From assembly GCA_002385625.1 (NCBI GenBank), contig DGDV01000054.1, positions 477 to 64,476 on the forward strand: a stretch of 64,000 nucleotides of DNA. Reading direction: 5' to 3'. The DNA comes from Firmicutes bacterium UBA3943 (GTDB lineage: Bacteria > Bacillota > UBA4882 > UBA10575 > UBA3943). Position 1 is the stretch's first letter. Each line of letters opens with the position of its first letter. Shown piece after piece: positions 55,727 to 64,000 of the stretch. Both the position numbers and the translations under genes were made by a program. The notes beneath the pieces were generated by a model, which was not told the DNA's origin, searched no databases, and saw nothing but the letters and a program-made list of their open reading frames with translations.

Positions 55727-57334
55727 ATGAATCGCGAACTCATTGAGGCTTTGGAGATGGTTGAAAAGGAGAAGGGGATCTCGAAAGAGATCTTGATTGA
55801 TGCTATTGAATCGGCATTGTCTTCCGCTTATAAGAAAGACCAGAAGCAGCATCAGAACATTAAAGTGAAATTAGACCCGAAAACAGGAGATTTTCGCGTT
55901 TTCTCCTATAAACAGGTGGTTGAGGAGGTTGCCGACGAGCGCCTGGAGATGAGCTTGGCGGATGCCCGGCGCATTGATCCCGGTTATGAACTAAACGACC
56001 AGGTGGAGATCGAGATCTTCCCCTCCGAGTTTGGCCGGATCGCCGCACAAACCGCCAAGCAGGTGGTGGTCCAACGGATTCGCGAAGCGGAACGCTCCAT
56101 TGTCTATGATGAGTTTGCCAGTCGGGTGGGCGACATTGTCAACGGTGTGGTGCAACGTCATGAACAACGCAATGTCTTTGTGGAACTTGGCCGGGTTGAA
56201 GCGATTCTTCCCCAAAATGAGCAGATCCCCGGTGAACGATATGAACCGGGAATGCGGATCAAGACCTATTTGGTGGAGGTTAAAAAATCATCGAAGGGTC
56301 CTCAGGTTATCCTGTCCCGGACCCGCAACGGCTTGTTAAAACGCCTTTTTGAGCTGGAAGTTCCGGAGATACAGGAAGGATTGGTGGAGATCAAATCCGT
56401 GGCCCGGGAACCGGGCGCAAGGTCAAAGATTGCGGTGGCCAGCCGCAATGAGAATGTGGACCCCGTTGGCGCTTGCGTCGGAGCTAAAGGTGCCCGGGTG
56501 CAAATGATCGTCCGCGAGCTGAAAGGGGAGAAAATTGATGTCATCCCCTGGAGCCCGGACCCGGAAACCTTTATTATTAAAGCCCTTAGTCCTTCCAAGG
56601 TCTCCGATGTGAAGCTCTTTCCCAGCCGGAAGACGGCCCTGGTGATTGTGCCGGATTATCAGTTATCCCTGGCCATTGGCAAAGAAGGCCAAAACGCCAG
56701 GCTGGCGGCGAAGTTGACCGGCTGGAAGATTGATATTAAGAGTGAGAGCCAGGCGGAAGAGGCTTGGGAGAGCATTCAGGCCATGCTGGAGGAAGAGGAA
56801 GCCCTGCAACAGCAGCAGGAAGTGGTAGAAGAGGTTGAGGCCGTCGAGGAAGAATGGGCCGAGGAAGAAAAACCGGAATTTGAATATACACCGGAAGATG
56901 AGTATTATCCGGGGGAAGAGGCGGAGCAAGCCGGGGTCGACGGCGATTACACGGATTACTCCGATCTGGATGCCGAAGATCATATAATTGATGATGATGA
57001 TACTGAAGAAGAAGAAATAAAGAAGAAGGTTAAAAAGCCCAAAACCAAAACACGCAAACGGGAACAGGAATTCGTCGATGAAATGGAGGAAGGCTTCGAT
57101 CTCTTTAACGATCTCCAAGAAGAAGATCTGCCCAAGGTTGATAAGCCCGGTGATGAGAGTGAAGTGGTCTTTACCAGTGAGAGCAGCGGCTTTACCCTTG
57201 GCCAGCTTTTAGCCGCTGAATTGCAGAAAAAAGCCAAAGAGAAAGCAGCGGATCAGACAACAAAGAAAACACAGGCAAAGTCCGGCCGGTCGGGGAAGAA
57301 GAAAGGGGTTGAAACGCAAAGCGATGAAGGTTAA
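55727..57334 (+). CDS. nusA: Transcription termination/antitermination factor NusA with a roughly 185-aa charged low-complexity C-terminal extension
   Basis: The NusA N-domain, S1 and two KH domains (GACVGAKGARVQ, AIGKEGQNARLAAKLTGWKIDI) occupy about the first 345 aa. An acidic/basic tail follows. Confidence 0.95.
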   Translation: MNRELIEALEMVEKEKGISKEILIDAIESALSSAYKKDQKQHQNIKVKLDPKTGDFRVFSYKQVVEEVADERLEMSLADARRIDPGYELNDQVEIEIFPSEFGRIAAQTAKQVVVQRIREAERSIVYDEFASRVGDIVNGVVQRHEQRNVFVELGRVEAILPQNEQIPGERYEPGMRIKTYLVEVKKSSKGPQVILSRTRNGLLKRLFELEVPEIQEGLVEIKSVAREPGARSKIAVASRNENVDPVGACVGAKGARVQMIVRELKGEKIDVIPWSPDPETFIIKALSPSKVSDVKLFPSRKTALVIVPDYQLSLAIGKEGQNARLAAKLTGWKIDIKSESQAEEAWESIQAMLEEEEALQQQQEVVEEVEAVEEEWAEEEKPEFEYTPEDEYYPGEEAEQAGVDGDYTDYSDLDAEDHIIDDDDTEEEEIKKKVKKPKTKTRKREQEFVDEMEEGFDLFNDLQEEDLPKVDKPGDESEVVFTSESSGFTLGQLLAAELQKKAKEKAADQTTKKTQAKSGRSGKKKGVETQSDEG

Positions 57335-57605
57335 AAAGGTTCCCCAGCGCACCTGCATTGGCTGCCGGTCTGTGCGCGGGAAGAAGGAATTGCTGCGAAT
57401 TGTTCGTACCCCTGAAGGTCAGGTCCTGTTTGATCCCACCGGGAAGAAATCTGGCCGCGGGACATATATCTGTCCGAGCGTCGATTGCTTGGAGAAGGCA
57501 TTAAAAGGAGACTGTTTGGCAAAGAATCTTGAGGTTACCATTACCCAAGAAATGAAAGAACAATTACGTGCAGAGGTGAATCGGATCGTTGACCGAAGCC
57601 TCTAA
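57324..57605 (+). CDS. ylxR: YlxR/RnpM family RNA-binding protein (DUF448)
   Basis: The PQRTCIGCR...GRGTYIC motif is present. ATG 57324 overlaps the nusA stop. The ORF opens at 57309. Confidence 0.85.
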   Translation: MKVKKVPQRTCIGCRSVRGKKELLRIVRTPEGQVLFDPTGKKSGRGTYICPSVDCLEKALKGDCLAKNLEVTITQEMKEQLRAEVNRIVDRSL

Positions 57606-57903
57606 GTTGGATAGCCTTATCGGTCTCGCCCGTCGGGCTGGGTGTTTGGCGGTGGGAACAACAGCGACTGAGGTTGCGGTAAAAAAAGGCCGCGCCTATT
57701 TGGTTATATTAGCGGCGGACCTGGCCGGGGGAAGCCGGGAAGCCCTTGAACGGCTTTGCCGGCGCTATGGCGTTCCGTGGATTAACTACAAAGACCGGAG
57801 GCATCTCGGACGTGTCATCGGCCGGGAGGAACGGGCTGTTTTGGCTGTAACCTCAAAGACATTTGCCGGGGAGATGCAGAAGGTGGCACGTTCTCAGGAA
57901 TAA
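57589..57903 (+). CDS. ylxQ: L7Ae/L30e family RNA-binding protein (YlxQ-like)
   Basis: LIGLARRAG...[10 protein letters not shown] is the typical pattern. It has a TTG start and the conserved position between ylxR and infB. Confidence 0.8.
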   Translation: MTEASKLDSLIGLARRAGCLAVGTTATEVAVKKGRAYLVILAADLAGGSREALERLCRRYGVPWINYKDRRHLGRVIGREERAVLAVTSKTFAGEMQKVARSQE

Positions 57904-57916
57904 CGGAGGTGGTCTT

Positions 57917-60493
57917 ATGAAGAAAATGCGAGTGCACGAGTTAAGCAAGGAACTGGGAATCCAAAGCAAGGATCTGATGATGATCCTTAACGATATGGGA
58001 GCCGGGGTTAAAAACCACATGAGTACGGTGGGCGAAGAGTATCTGGAGAAGGTCTATAAATCCTTTGGTACGACCCCGAAAGCAAAGACGCAGGAAAAAC
58101 CACAACCGACCAAGGAGACAGCACTAAAAACCTCCGCTCAGACTCCGAAAATTCCTACTCCGACCAAAGCCCCGGAAAAACCAAAAACTGCCCAAGGTGA
58201 TGCGCCAAAGAGTACTACGGTAAAAGCCGGGGCTCCGGTACCGCCCGCCAAGTCCACCAGTTCCACTAAGGCTGAGAAATCAGGACAACAAGCCAGCCAG
58301 CAACAACAGGGTAAACAAACGCCACCCCGTCAAGGAACAACTGCTGCAAATCAAGGCAAACCCGTTGCACAAGGAAGTACGCGACCGGTGGCTGCTGCCG
58401 GTCCTAAACCGGTTAATCAAGCCGGAACACATTCCGGGCAACGTCCCGGAAAACCTGTTGGCAACCGGGCAGGCGTTCCCGGAGCAAACCGATCTGGCCA
58501 AGAACTGTCCGGAGGACAACGTCCCGCCGGACAAAAGGCAAGTAACCGCCCGGCACCCAGGCCGGGGCAGCCGCAAGGACAACAAAGACCCGGTTGGCGC
58601 GGCCAAAGCGGCGAAAAGCCTGGCACTCATGCACAACACCGCGACGGACGTCGTTTTGAAGGCAGCAAGGCTAAAAAGGGTCAACAGGGCAGTCAGCGTG
58701 CAGATCAAGCTCCCGTCAACCGTCCGATTACCAATGTGAAATCTGTTCAACTTCCTGCCTCCATTACAGTGAAGGAGTTTGCCCAGACAATTGAGGTAGC
58801 TGCGACGGAAGTCATTAAAAAGCTTATGTTGCTGGGTGTTATGGCCAACATTAATCAGGAGATCGATCTAGATACCGCGATTTTGGTTGGTCAGGAGTTT
58901 GGGGTGGAAGTAACTGCTGCTCCGACCGAAGAAGAGGCTCTTCAGGTGGAAGAGATCCCGGATCGGGAGGAGGATTTGCAGCCCAGGTGGCCGGTGGTGA
59001 CCATCATGGGTCACGTGGATCATGGTAAAACATCGCTGCTGGACGCCATTCGTGAAACAAACGTCACCGCCCAGGAAGAGGGAGGTATTACCCAACGCAT
59101 TGGCGCTTACCAAGTGGATATCCACGATAAGAAGATTACCTTCTTGGATACCCCAGGTCATGAGGCTTTCACGGCCATGCGGGCCCGCGGCGCCCAGGTA
59201 ACGGATATTGCTGTTCTGGTGGTGGCAGCGGATGACGGCGTCATGCCGCAGACGGTTGAGGCGATCAACCATGCTAAAGCTGCAGATATCCCCATTATCG
59301 TTGCCATCAATAAGATCGATAAGCCCGGAGCCAATCCGGAACGGGTGAAACAGGAATTGACCGAGTATGAACTGGTGGCAGAGGAGTGGGGCGGCGATAC
59401 GATTATGGTTCCCGTCTCCGCCAAGCAGCGGACCGGCATTGAAAATCTGCTGGAGATGATCCTGCTGGTGGCGGAAATGAGGGAACTCAAGGCCAACCCC
59501 AACCGGGCGGCCAAGGGTACTGTGATCGAAGCCCAGTTGGATAAGGGACGCGGTCCGGTGGCTACGGTGTTGGTACAAAACGGAACATTGAAACTCGGTG
59601 ACAATATTGTCATCGGTTCTGTCTTCGGTAAAGTCCGGGCCCTGATCAATGATAAGGGGAAACGGGTGAAGAAGGCCGGCCCGTCGGTACCAGTGGAGAT
59701 TATCGGTCTCGATGAATTGCCCGAGGCTGGCGACGTGTTTTATGTGATTGACGAGGAAAGGGCGGCCCGGCAATTGGCGGCCAAGCGCCAGCAGTATAAA
59801 CGGGAGACGGAGCTTCGCAAGAACCAAAAGGTGACCTTGGATGACCTCTTCAACCGGATTAAAGAAGGGGAAATGAAAGAACTGAAGATCGTTTTGAAGG
59901 CAGAAGGGCAAGGCTCGGTGGAGGCGCTGCGCCAGTCGCTGGAACGTTTATCCAATGATGAGGTTCGGGTGATGGTCATCCATGCTGGCGTTGGCGCTAT
60001 TACCGAAAGTGACGCCATGTTAGCAGCAGCGTCAAACGCGGTTATAATCGGCTTTAATGTCCGTCCCGACCCGTTGGCCAAACGAACATTGGAACGGGAG
60101 GGCCTAGATCTCCATCTTTACCGGGTAATTTATGATGCCATTGAAGACGTGAAAAAGGCCATGGAAGGAATGTTGGCGCCGGAGTTTAAAGAAGTCGTGC
60201 TTGGCCGCGCTGAAGTCCGGGCCACCTTCAAGGTGCCGAAGGTTGGGACCATTGCCGGCAGCTATGTGACGGAAGGCAAGATTACCCGCAATGGGGACGT
60301 CCGTGTTCTCCGCGACCATGTGGTGGTTTTTGAAGGGAAAATAGAATCCTTGAAGCGGTTCAAGGACGATGTCCGTGAAGTATCATCCGGCTTTGAGTGC
60401 GGCATAGGCATTGAACGGTATAATGACATCAAGGAAGGCGATATCATCGAAGTGTTTACCATGGAGGAAGTGAAACGGACCAACGCCGGTTAA
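57917..60493 (+). CDS. infB: Translation initiation factor IF-2
   Basis: [15 protein letters not shown]-terminus, a Pro/Gln/Gly/Lys-rich linker, and a G-domain ([21 protein letters not shown]) are present. ATG 57917 follows GGAGGTGG. The ORF opens at 57863. Confidence 0.95.
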   Translation: MKKMRVHELSKELGIQSKDLMMILNDMGAGVKNHMSTVGEEYLEKVYKSFGTTPKAKTQEKPQPTKETALKTSAQTPKIPTPTKAPEKPKTAQGDAPKSTTVKAGAPVPPAKSTSSTKAEKSGQQASQQQQGKQTPPRQGTTAANQGKPVAQGSTRPVAAAGPKPVNQAGTHSGQRPGKPVGNRAGVPGANRSGQELSGGQRPAGQKASNRPAPRPGQPQGQQRPGWRGQSGEKPGTHAQHRDGRRFEGSKAKKGQQGSQRADQAPVNRPITNVKSVQLPASITVKEFAQTIEVAATEVIKKLMLLGVMANINQEIDLDTAILVGQEFGVEVTAAPTEEEALQVEEIPDREEDLQPRWPVVTIMGHVDHGKTSLLDAIRETNVTAQEEGGITQRIGAYQVDIHDKKITFLDTPGHEAFTAMRARGAQVTDIAVLVVAADDGVMPQTVEAINHAKAADIPIIVAINKIDKPGANPERVKQELTEYELVAEEWGGDTIMVPVSAKQRTGIENLLEMILLVAEMRELKANPNRAAKGTVIEAQLDKGRGPVATVLVQNGTLKLGDNIVIGSVFGKVRALINDKGKRVKKAGPSVPVEIIGLDELPEAGDVFYVIDEERAARQLAAKRQQYKRETELRKNQKVTLDDLFNRIKEGEMKELKIVLKAEGQGSVEALRQSLERLSNDEVRVMVIHAGVGAITESDAMLAAASNAVIIGFNVRPDPLAKRTLEREGLDLHLYRVIYDAIEDVKKAMEGMLAPEFKEVVLGRAEVRATFKVPKVGTIAGSYVTEGKITRNGDVRVLRDHVVVFEGKIESLKRFKDDVREVSSGFECGIGIERYNDIKEGDIIEVFTMEEVKRTNAG

Positions 60494-60526
60494 GTGTTTG
60501 TGGCCGCTGGGGAAGGAGAGAGCATA

Positions 60527-60886
60527 ATGACTGAACATCGTGTGGAGCGGTTGCAAGAGTTGATCAAGGAAGAGTTGGGTTCGATTCTCCAAAGAGAAAT
60601 TAAAGACCCCAGAGTAGGTTTTGCTTCCATTACCGCAGTGAGAGTCTCCAATGACAAAAGTCATGTGAAGATATATGTTAGTGTTCTCGGTGATGAACAG
60701 CAAAAACAGGATACGATGGCAGGATTGGAGAGTGCAAAGGGGTTCATCCGTAGAGAGATAGGAAGGCGGGTGCGCCTACGGCATACACCCGAGATTCACT
60801 TTTACCCGGATACCTCCTTGGAAGAGGGTATGCGCGTCATTTCTCTCCTTAATCAAATTAATACGCAAAAGGAGGACCAGACGTGA
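60527..60886 (+). CDS. rbfA: Ribosome-binding factor A
   Basis: RVERLQELIKEELGSILQREIKDPRVGF matches the family. ATG 60527 follows GGAAGGAGAG. Confidence 0.9.
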   Translation: MTEHRVERLQELIKEELGSILQREIKDPRVGFASITAVRVSNDKSHVKIYVSVLGDEQQKQDTMAGLESAKGFIRREIGRRVRLRHTPEIHFYPDTSLEEGMRVISLLNQINTQKEDQT

Positions 60887-61857
60887 CCTCTGCAGGGAGT
60901 CATGAGATCTTTGGCGTACTCCGGAAACACCAATTTTTTATGATCGGTTGTCATGAACATCCTGACGGTGATGCCATCGGCTCCACCCTGGCCTTGGGGC
61001 TCTCCCTGGCCGCTATGGGGAAAACCGTCCGGATGGTCTGCCCGGAGGGTGTCCCTTCAGTTTACCACTTTCTGGAGGGGAGCGATCAGGTGGTTACCCA
61101 GGTGGAACCGGGTTTTGTCCCGGAGGTTGTTATTGCCTTGGATTGCGCTGATCGTAGTCGCCTGTCCTTGCCGGAGTGGCCTGAGCAGGCTGTCTTTATC
61201 AATATTGACCACCATATTTCCAACACGGGTTTTGGCCATCTAAGTTATGTCCTGCCCGATGCTGCGGCGACTGGGGAAATTATTGCCGATTTTCTCTTTG
61301 CGCATGGGATGCCGATCAATAGCGCTGTGGCCGTCGCCCTATATACAGCGGTGGCTACAGATACGGGATTTTTCCGCTTTACCAACACCACCGGCAAAAC
61401 CCTGCGATTGGCCGCCAAACTGGTGGAGGAGTACGATGTGCCCATGGCCTATGTGGCGGAAAGGGTTCATGACGAGAAAAGCTTTGATTCCCTGCGCTTG
61501 CTGGCGGAGGTGTTAGGTACCCTGACCCTGTCGGATGATGGGAAAGTGGCTTGGATGGTTTTAAGCCAGGATATGCTTAAACGTTATCACGTGGAGTTGG
61601 AAGAGACCGAGGGCTATGTTAATTATGCCCGTTCGGTCAGGGGCGTGGAGATTGGCCTTTTGTTCAAGGAAATTCAAGAGGATGATATCAAGGTGAGTTG
61701 GCGGTCCGGGAGCGATGTGGATGTGTCCCGCTTGGCGGTGGCCTTTGGCGGCGGTGGCCATGCCAGGGCAGCGGGTTGTACGGTGAAAGAGCCCTTGGAT
61801 GAGGCCATCCGGCAGGTGTTAGGGTTTGTTCACGAATGGTACGGGAAGCAACAATGA
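60883..61857 (+). CDS. nrnA: DHH/DHHA1 phosphoesterase (NrnA-type oligoribonuclease / pAp phosphatase)
   Basis: HEHPDGDAIGS, DCAD, NIDHH, DTGFF and GGGH motifs are present. The GTG start overlaps the rbfA stop. Confidence 0.85.
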   Translation: MTSAGSHEIFGVLRKHQFFMIGCHEHPDGDAIGSTLALGLSLAAMGKTVRMVCPEGVPSVYHFLEGSDQVVTQVEPGFVPEVVIALDCADRSRLSLPEWPEQAVFINIDHHISNTGFGHLSYVLPDAAATGEIIADFLFAHGMPINSAVAVALYTAVATDTGFFRFTNTTGKTLRLAAKLVEEYDVPMAYVAERVHDEKSFDSLRLLAEVLGTLTLSDDGKVAWMVLSQDMLKRYHVELEETEGYVNYARSVRGVEIGLLFKEIQEDDIKVSWRSGSDVDVSRLAVAFGGGGHARAAGCTVKEPLDEAIRQVLGFVHEWYGKQQ

Positions 61858-62759
61858 GTTTGCATGGTTTGTTGGTAGTGGATAAACCTGCCGGGATGAC
61901 CTCCCATGATGTGGTCAGTGTTTTGCGCCGGGTTTCCCGGCAGAAAAAGATTGGGCATACCGGTACACTGGATCCTGCGGCCACCGGAGTATTGGTGTTA
62001 TGTTTCGGCTCCGCCACCAGGCTGATTCAGTATTTGGAAGAAAGTGATAAGGTCTATGAGGCCCATATGATCTTGGGTATTGTCACGGATACCCAGGATT
62101 ATACCGGACAGGTGCTGGCCGAAGACCCTGCGGCGCAGGTGGGGCGGGACAGTTTAGTCCGGGTGATGGAGAAATTTTTGGGGGAGCAGTTGCAGGTTCC
62201 TCCAATGTTTTCTGCGGTAAAAAGAGGGGGGCGGCCCCTGTATGAGCTGGCCCGGCAGGGACAGGAGGTCGAACGGGCGGCCCGGAGGATGGTGATCTAT
62301 GAGCTTGCGCCGGCAAGACCTTTGGCCGAAAAATACCGGGCTGGCGAAGGCCCGTGGTTACGGATCCGGTGCTCGAAGGGAACATATATTCGCACCCTCT
62401 GTCATGACATGGGACAAGCCTTGGGTTGTGGGGCGCATCTGCGGGAGCTTAGGCGGCTGGCTTCGGGGGTATTTACCTTGGACCAAGCGGTAAGTTTGGA
62501 GCAGGCCAAGACTTGGGGGGAGGAGGGCGTTCTTGCCGAGCATCTGCTCTCTCCTGCCCTGGCTGTACAGCACCTGCCCCAACTTGAGCTTAGTGAGGAG
62601 GAAGCCGTTGCTATCAGGCATGGTCGTGCCCTTTACCGCAGGGAGGTCGCTGCGGAAGGCACCATTGGCGCTGCCATCCGACACGGTGAGTTGGTAGCTA
62701 TTCTCCAGTCACAAGCCAGTGGAATCTGGCAACCGGTGCGAGTTTTTATGGGCGAGTGA
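61854..62759 (+). CDS. truB: tRNA pseudouridine(55) synthase
   Basis: GLLVVDKPAGMTSHDVV and KIGHTGTLDPAATGVL (catalytic Asp) are present. The ATG overlaps the nrnA stop (ATGA). Confidence 0.95.
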   Translation: MSLHGLLVVDKPAGMTSHDVVSVLRRVSRQKKIGHTGTLDPAATGVLVLCFGSATRLIQYLEESDKVYEAHMILGIVTDTQDYTGQVLAEDPAAQVGRDSLVRVMEKFLGEQLQVPPMFSAVKRGGRPLYELARQGQEVERAARRMVIYELAPARPLAEKYRAGEGPWLRIRCSKGTYIRTLCHDMGQALGCGAHLRELRRLASGVFTLDQAVSLEQAKTWGEEGVLAEHLLSPALAVQHLPQLELSEEEAVAIRHGRALYRREVAAEGTIGAAIRHGELVAILQSQASGIWQPVRVFMGE

Positions 62760-62833
62760 TCAAGTGGTGATTGTTGGGTTGTTCTTCGATGGATTTGCGA
62801 TGCGATCTAAGTGTGCTGTCTTGGTCGGTTAAG

Positions 62834-62860
62834 GTGCGATCGACATCGCATTTTATTGTT
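62834..62860 (+). promoter_or_regulatory. Weak terminator-like hairpin in the truB-ribF spacer
   Basis: GTGCGAT 62834-62840 pairs with ATCGCAT 62845-62851, followed by TTTATTGTT. The upstream segment 62796-62807 can pair alternatively with 62838-62850. Confidence 0.4.
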
Positions 62861-62927
62861 GCCCGGTTACTCCGGCCTTCCGGGTAGCGACACATTTGTT
62901 TTTTTGTTGCAATGCGGAGGGATTTTT

Positions 62928-63860
62928 GTGCGGATTGTCCACGATTGGTCGATGCTGGATCCGGGGAAACCAAGGGTGGTGACCCTTGGTAATTTTGACG
63001 GGGTGCATGTAGGGCACAGGGTTATTATCACCCGGGCTGTGACAGTGGCGCGGGAGCGTGGCGCTTTGGCGTTGGGTGTGACCTTCCGGAACCACACCTC
63101 CGAAGTGGTGCGCAACAATTGGCCGCCGATGTTGATGAACATTGAAGAGCGGATCCGGATAATGGCCGAGCTTGGCCTGGACGAGTTGTTGCTTTTGGAG
63201 TTTACCCGGGAGCTTTCCCGGATGCCGGCTGAGGAGTTTTGTGGGCGATTACTACGTTTGGGCGTAATTGGCTTTGTGGTAGGCCATGATTTTCGTTGTG
63301 GTGCGGACAGGCAGGGGAATACCGACTTTCTCCGGGATTTTGCGGCACGGCATGGTATTACGGCAGAGATTGTCCCTGCTGTCCGGTTAAAAGGGGAGGT
63401 TGTCAGTTCCACTAAGATCCGTAATTTGTTAGCGGAAGGAAAAACTGAGGAGGCCAACCTTTATCTAGGTCGGCCCTTTAGTTTGGAAGGTCGGATCGGT
63501 CGCGGCGCGGGGCGTGGCCGGCATTTGGGTTTTCCCACGGCCAACCTGGAACCGGAGCTCCATCGTTTGGTGCCACGTTATGGCGTTTACCTGGTTCGGG
63601 CAACAGTGGAGAAAGAAGGGACCTTTTACGGCCTAGCCAATGTGGGAGTTAAGCCGACCTTTACGGAACAACCGCCGCTGATCGAGACCTTTCTTTTGGA
63701 CTTCTCAGGCGATATCTACGGACGCCATATGAAGGTGGAATTTTTGGCCTTTCTCCGGCCGGAAGAACGCTTTGCTTCGGTTGATGAATTGATCGCACAG
63801 ATGAAGCGGGATGAGGAGCAGGGACGGGAAATCATTGCTAAGATAAAGGGTGAAGAGTAA
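62928..63860 (+). CDS. ribF: Bifunctional riboflavin kinase / FAD synthetase
   Basis: VVTLGNFDGVHVGH, SSTKIR and GFPTANL motifs are present. GTG 62928 follows GCGGAGGGA. The ORF track opens at 62811. Confidence 0.9.
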   Translation: MRIVHDWSMLDPGKPRVVTLGNFDGVHVGHRVIITRAVTVARERGALALGVTFRNHTSEVVRNNWPPMLMNIEERIRIMAELGLDELLLLEFTRELSRMPAEEFCGRLLRLGVIGFVVGHDFRCGADRQGNTDFLRDFAARHGITAEIVPAVRLKGEVVSSTKIRNLLAEGKTEEANLYLGRPFSLEGRIGRGAGRGRHLGFPTANLEPELHRLVPRYGVYLVRATVEKEGTFYGLANVGVKPTFTEQPPLIETFLLDFSGDIYGRHMKVEFLAFLRPEERFASVDELIAQMKRDEEQGREIIAKIKGEE

Positions 63861-63953
63861 AGGAAAAAGAATGAAATGAGTACTGAAAATATGGTTGCCT
63901 ACTTTGAACCGAAAATGAAATGAAAAAGACCTATGAAATTCCTAAAACTGCTA

Positions 63954-63983
63954 TTGACAAGGTAGGTGCCATTTTGGTATAGT
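63954..63983 (+). promoter_or_regulatory. Consensus-like sigma-A promoter at the window end (probably for the next gene, expected rpsO)
   Basis: TTGACA (63954-63959), an 18-nt spacer ending in TGG, then TATAGT (63978-63983). The downstream gene lies outside the window. Confidence 0.5.
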
Positions 63984-64000
63984 TATATATGCCGCTGAGG

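Noticed and set aside
63861-63953. Repeated ATGAAATGA / ATGAAAT motifs and a 14-codon mini-ORF (MSTENMVAYFEPKMK) after ribF.
   Set aside because: The mini-ORF lies upstream of, not downstream of, the strong promoter at 63954-63983. It has only a weak RBS, and the repeats are short and A/T-rich.
1-64000. Looked for CRISPR arrays, IS elements or transposases, integrases, prophage genes, toxin-antitoxin pairs, retron/DGR-type reverse transcriptases, and tRNA or rRNA genes.
   Set aside because: None was recognised. All intergenic gaps are under about 420 nt and contain only promoters, terminators and the candidate 6S RNA. No ORF shows nuclease, reverse-transcriptase or integrase motifs.

Overview
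This is a 64-kb chromosomal segment from an endospore-forming, moderately GC-rich Firmicute. Gene content and order look like a Clostridia / Peptococcaceae-type genome, but that is inference only. About 55 protein genes are present, almost all on the + strand and tightly packed.

- 1-7.8 kb: the 3' part of a nonulosonic-acid (legionaminic/sialic-type) sugar biosynthesis island. It carries neuC-, neuB- and neuA-like genes and a CBS-nucleotidyltransferase, plus four embedded tailoring genes (methyltransferase, PIG-L deacetylase, ATP-grasp ligase, HAD hydrolase).
- 7.9-9.8 kb: a translationally coupled DUF2993(LmeA-like)-LpxB(GT19) pair.
- 9.8-13.4 kb: a low-GC islet with one small gene, then two polysaccharide deacetylases and a convergent SH3-GH18 YaaH-like hydrolase (spore peptidoglycan genes).
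- 13.8-23 kb: M16 peptidase, dut, a DUF512 radical-SAM protein, der, plsY, gpsA, spoIVA, hup.
- 23-42 kb: lepB, ABC-F ATPase, MBL hydrolase, hemZ, parvulin PPIase, hisS, aspS, a candidate 6S RNA, 5-formyl-THF cyclo-ligase, amidohydrolase, lon, mutS2, a GGDEF protein.
- 42-55 kb: a standalone CBM protein, rqcH, a P-type Ca2+-ATPase, ytfI/gerW, ferredoxin, spoIVFA-like/spoIVFB, and the radical-SAM + DUF2344 + RNase G trio.
- 55-64 kb: the rimP-nusA-ylxR-ylxQ-infB-rbfA-nrnA-truB-ribF operon.

I found no rRNA or tRNA genes, CRISPR arrays, transposases, prophage genes or recognisable defence systems.

Nothing here convinces me it is a wholly new system. The best leads are:
- the tailoring module inside the nonulosonic-acid cluster;
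- the orphan DUF2993-LpxB pair in a spore-former;
- the unannotated 6S-like RNA locus;
- several structured or repeat-containing leaders (nusA operon, Ca-ATPase, ribF, PPIase).

All protein assignments come from motifs I recognise by eye and from gene order. No database search was run.
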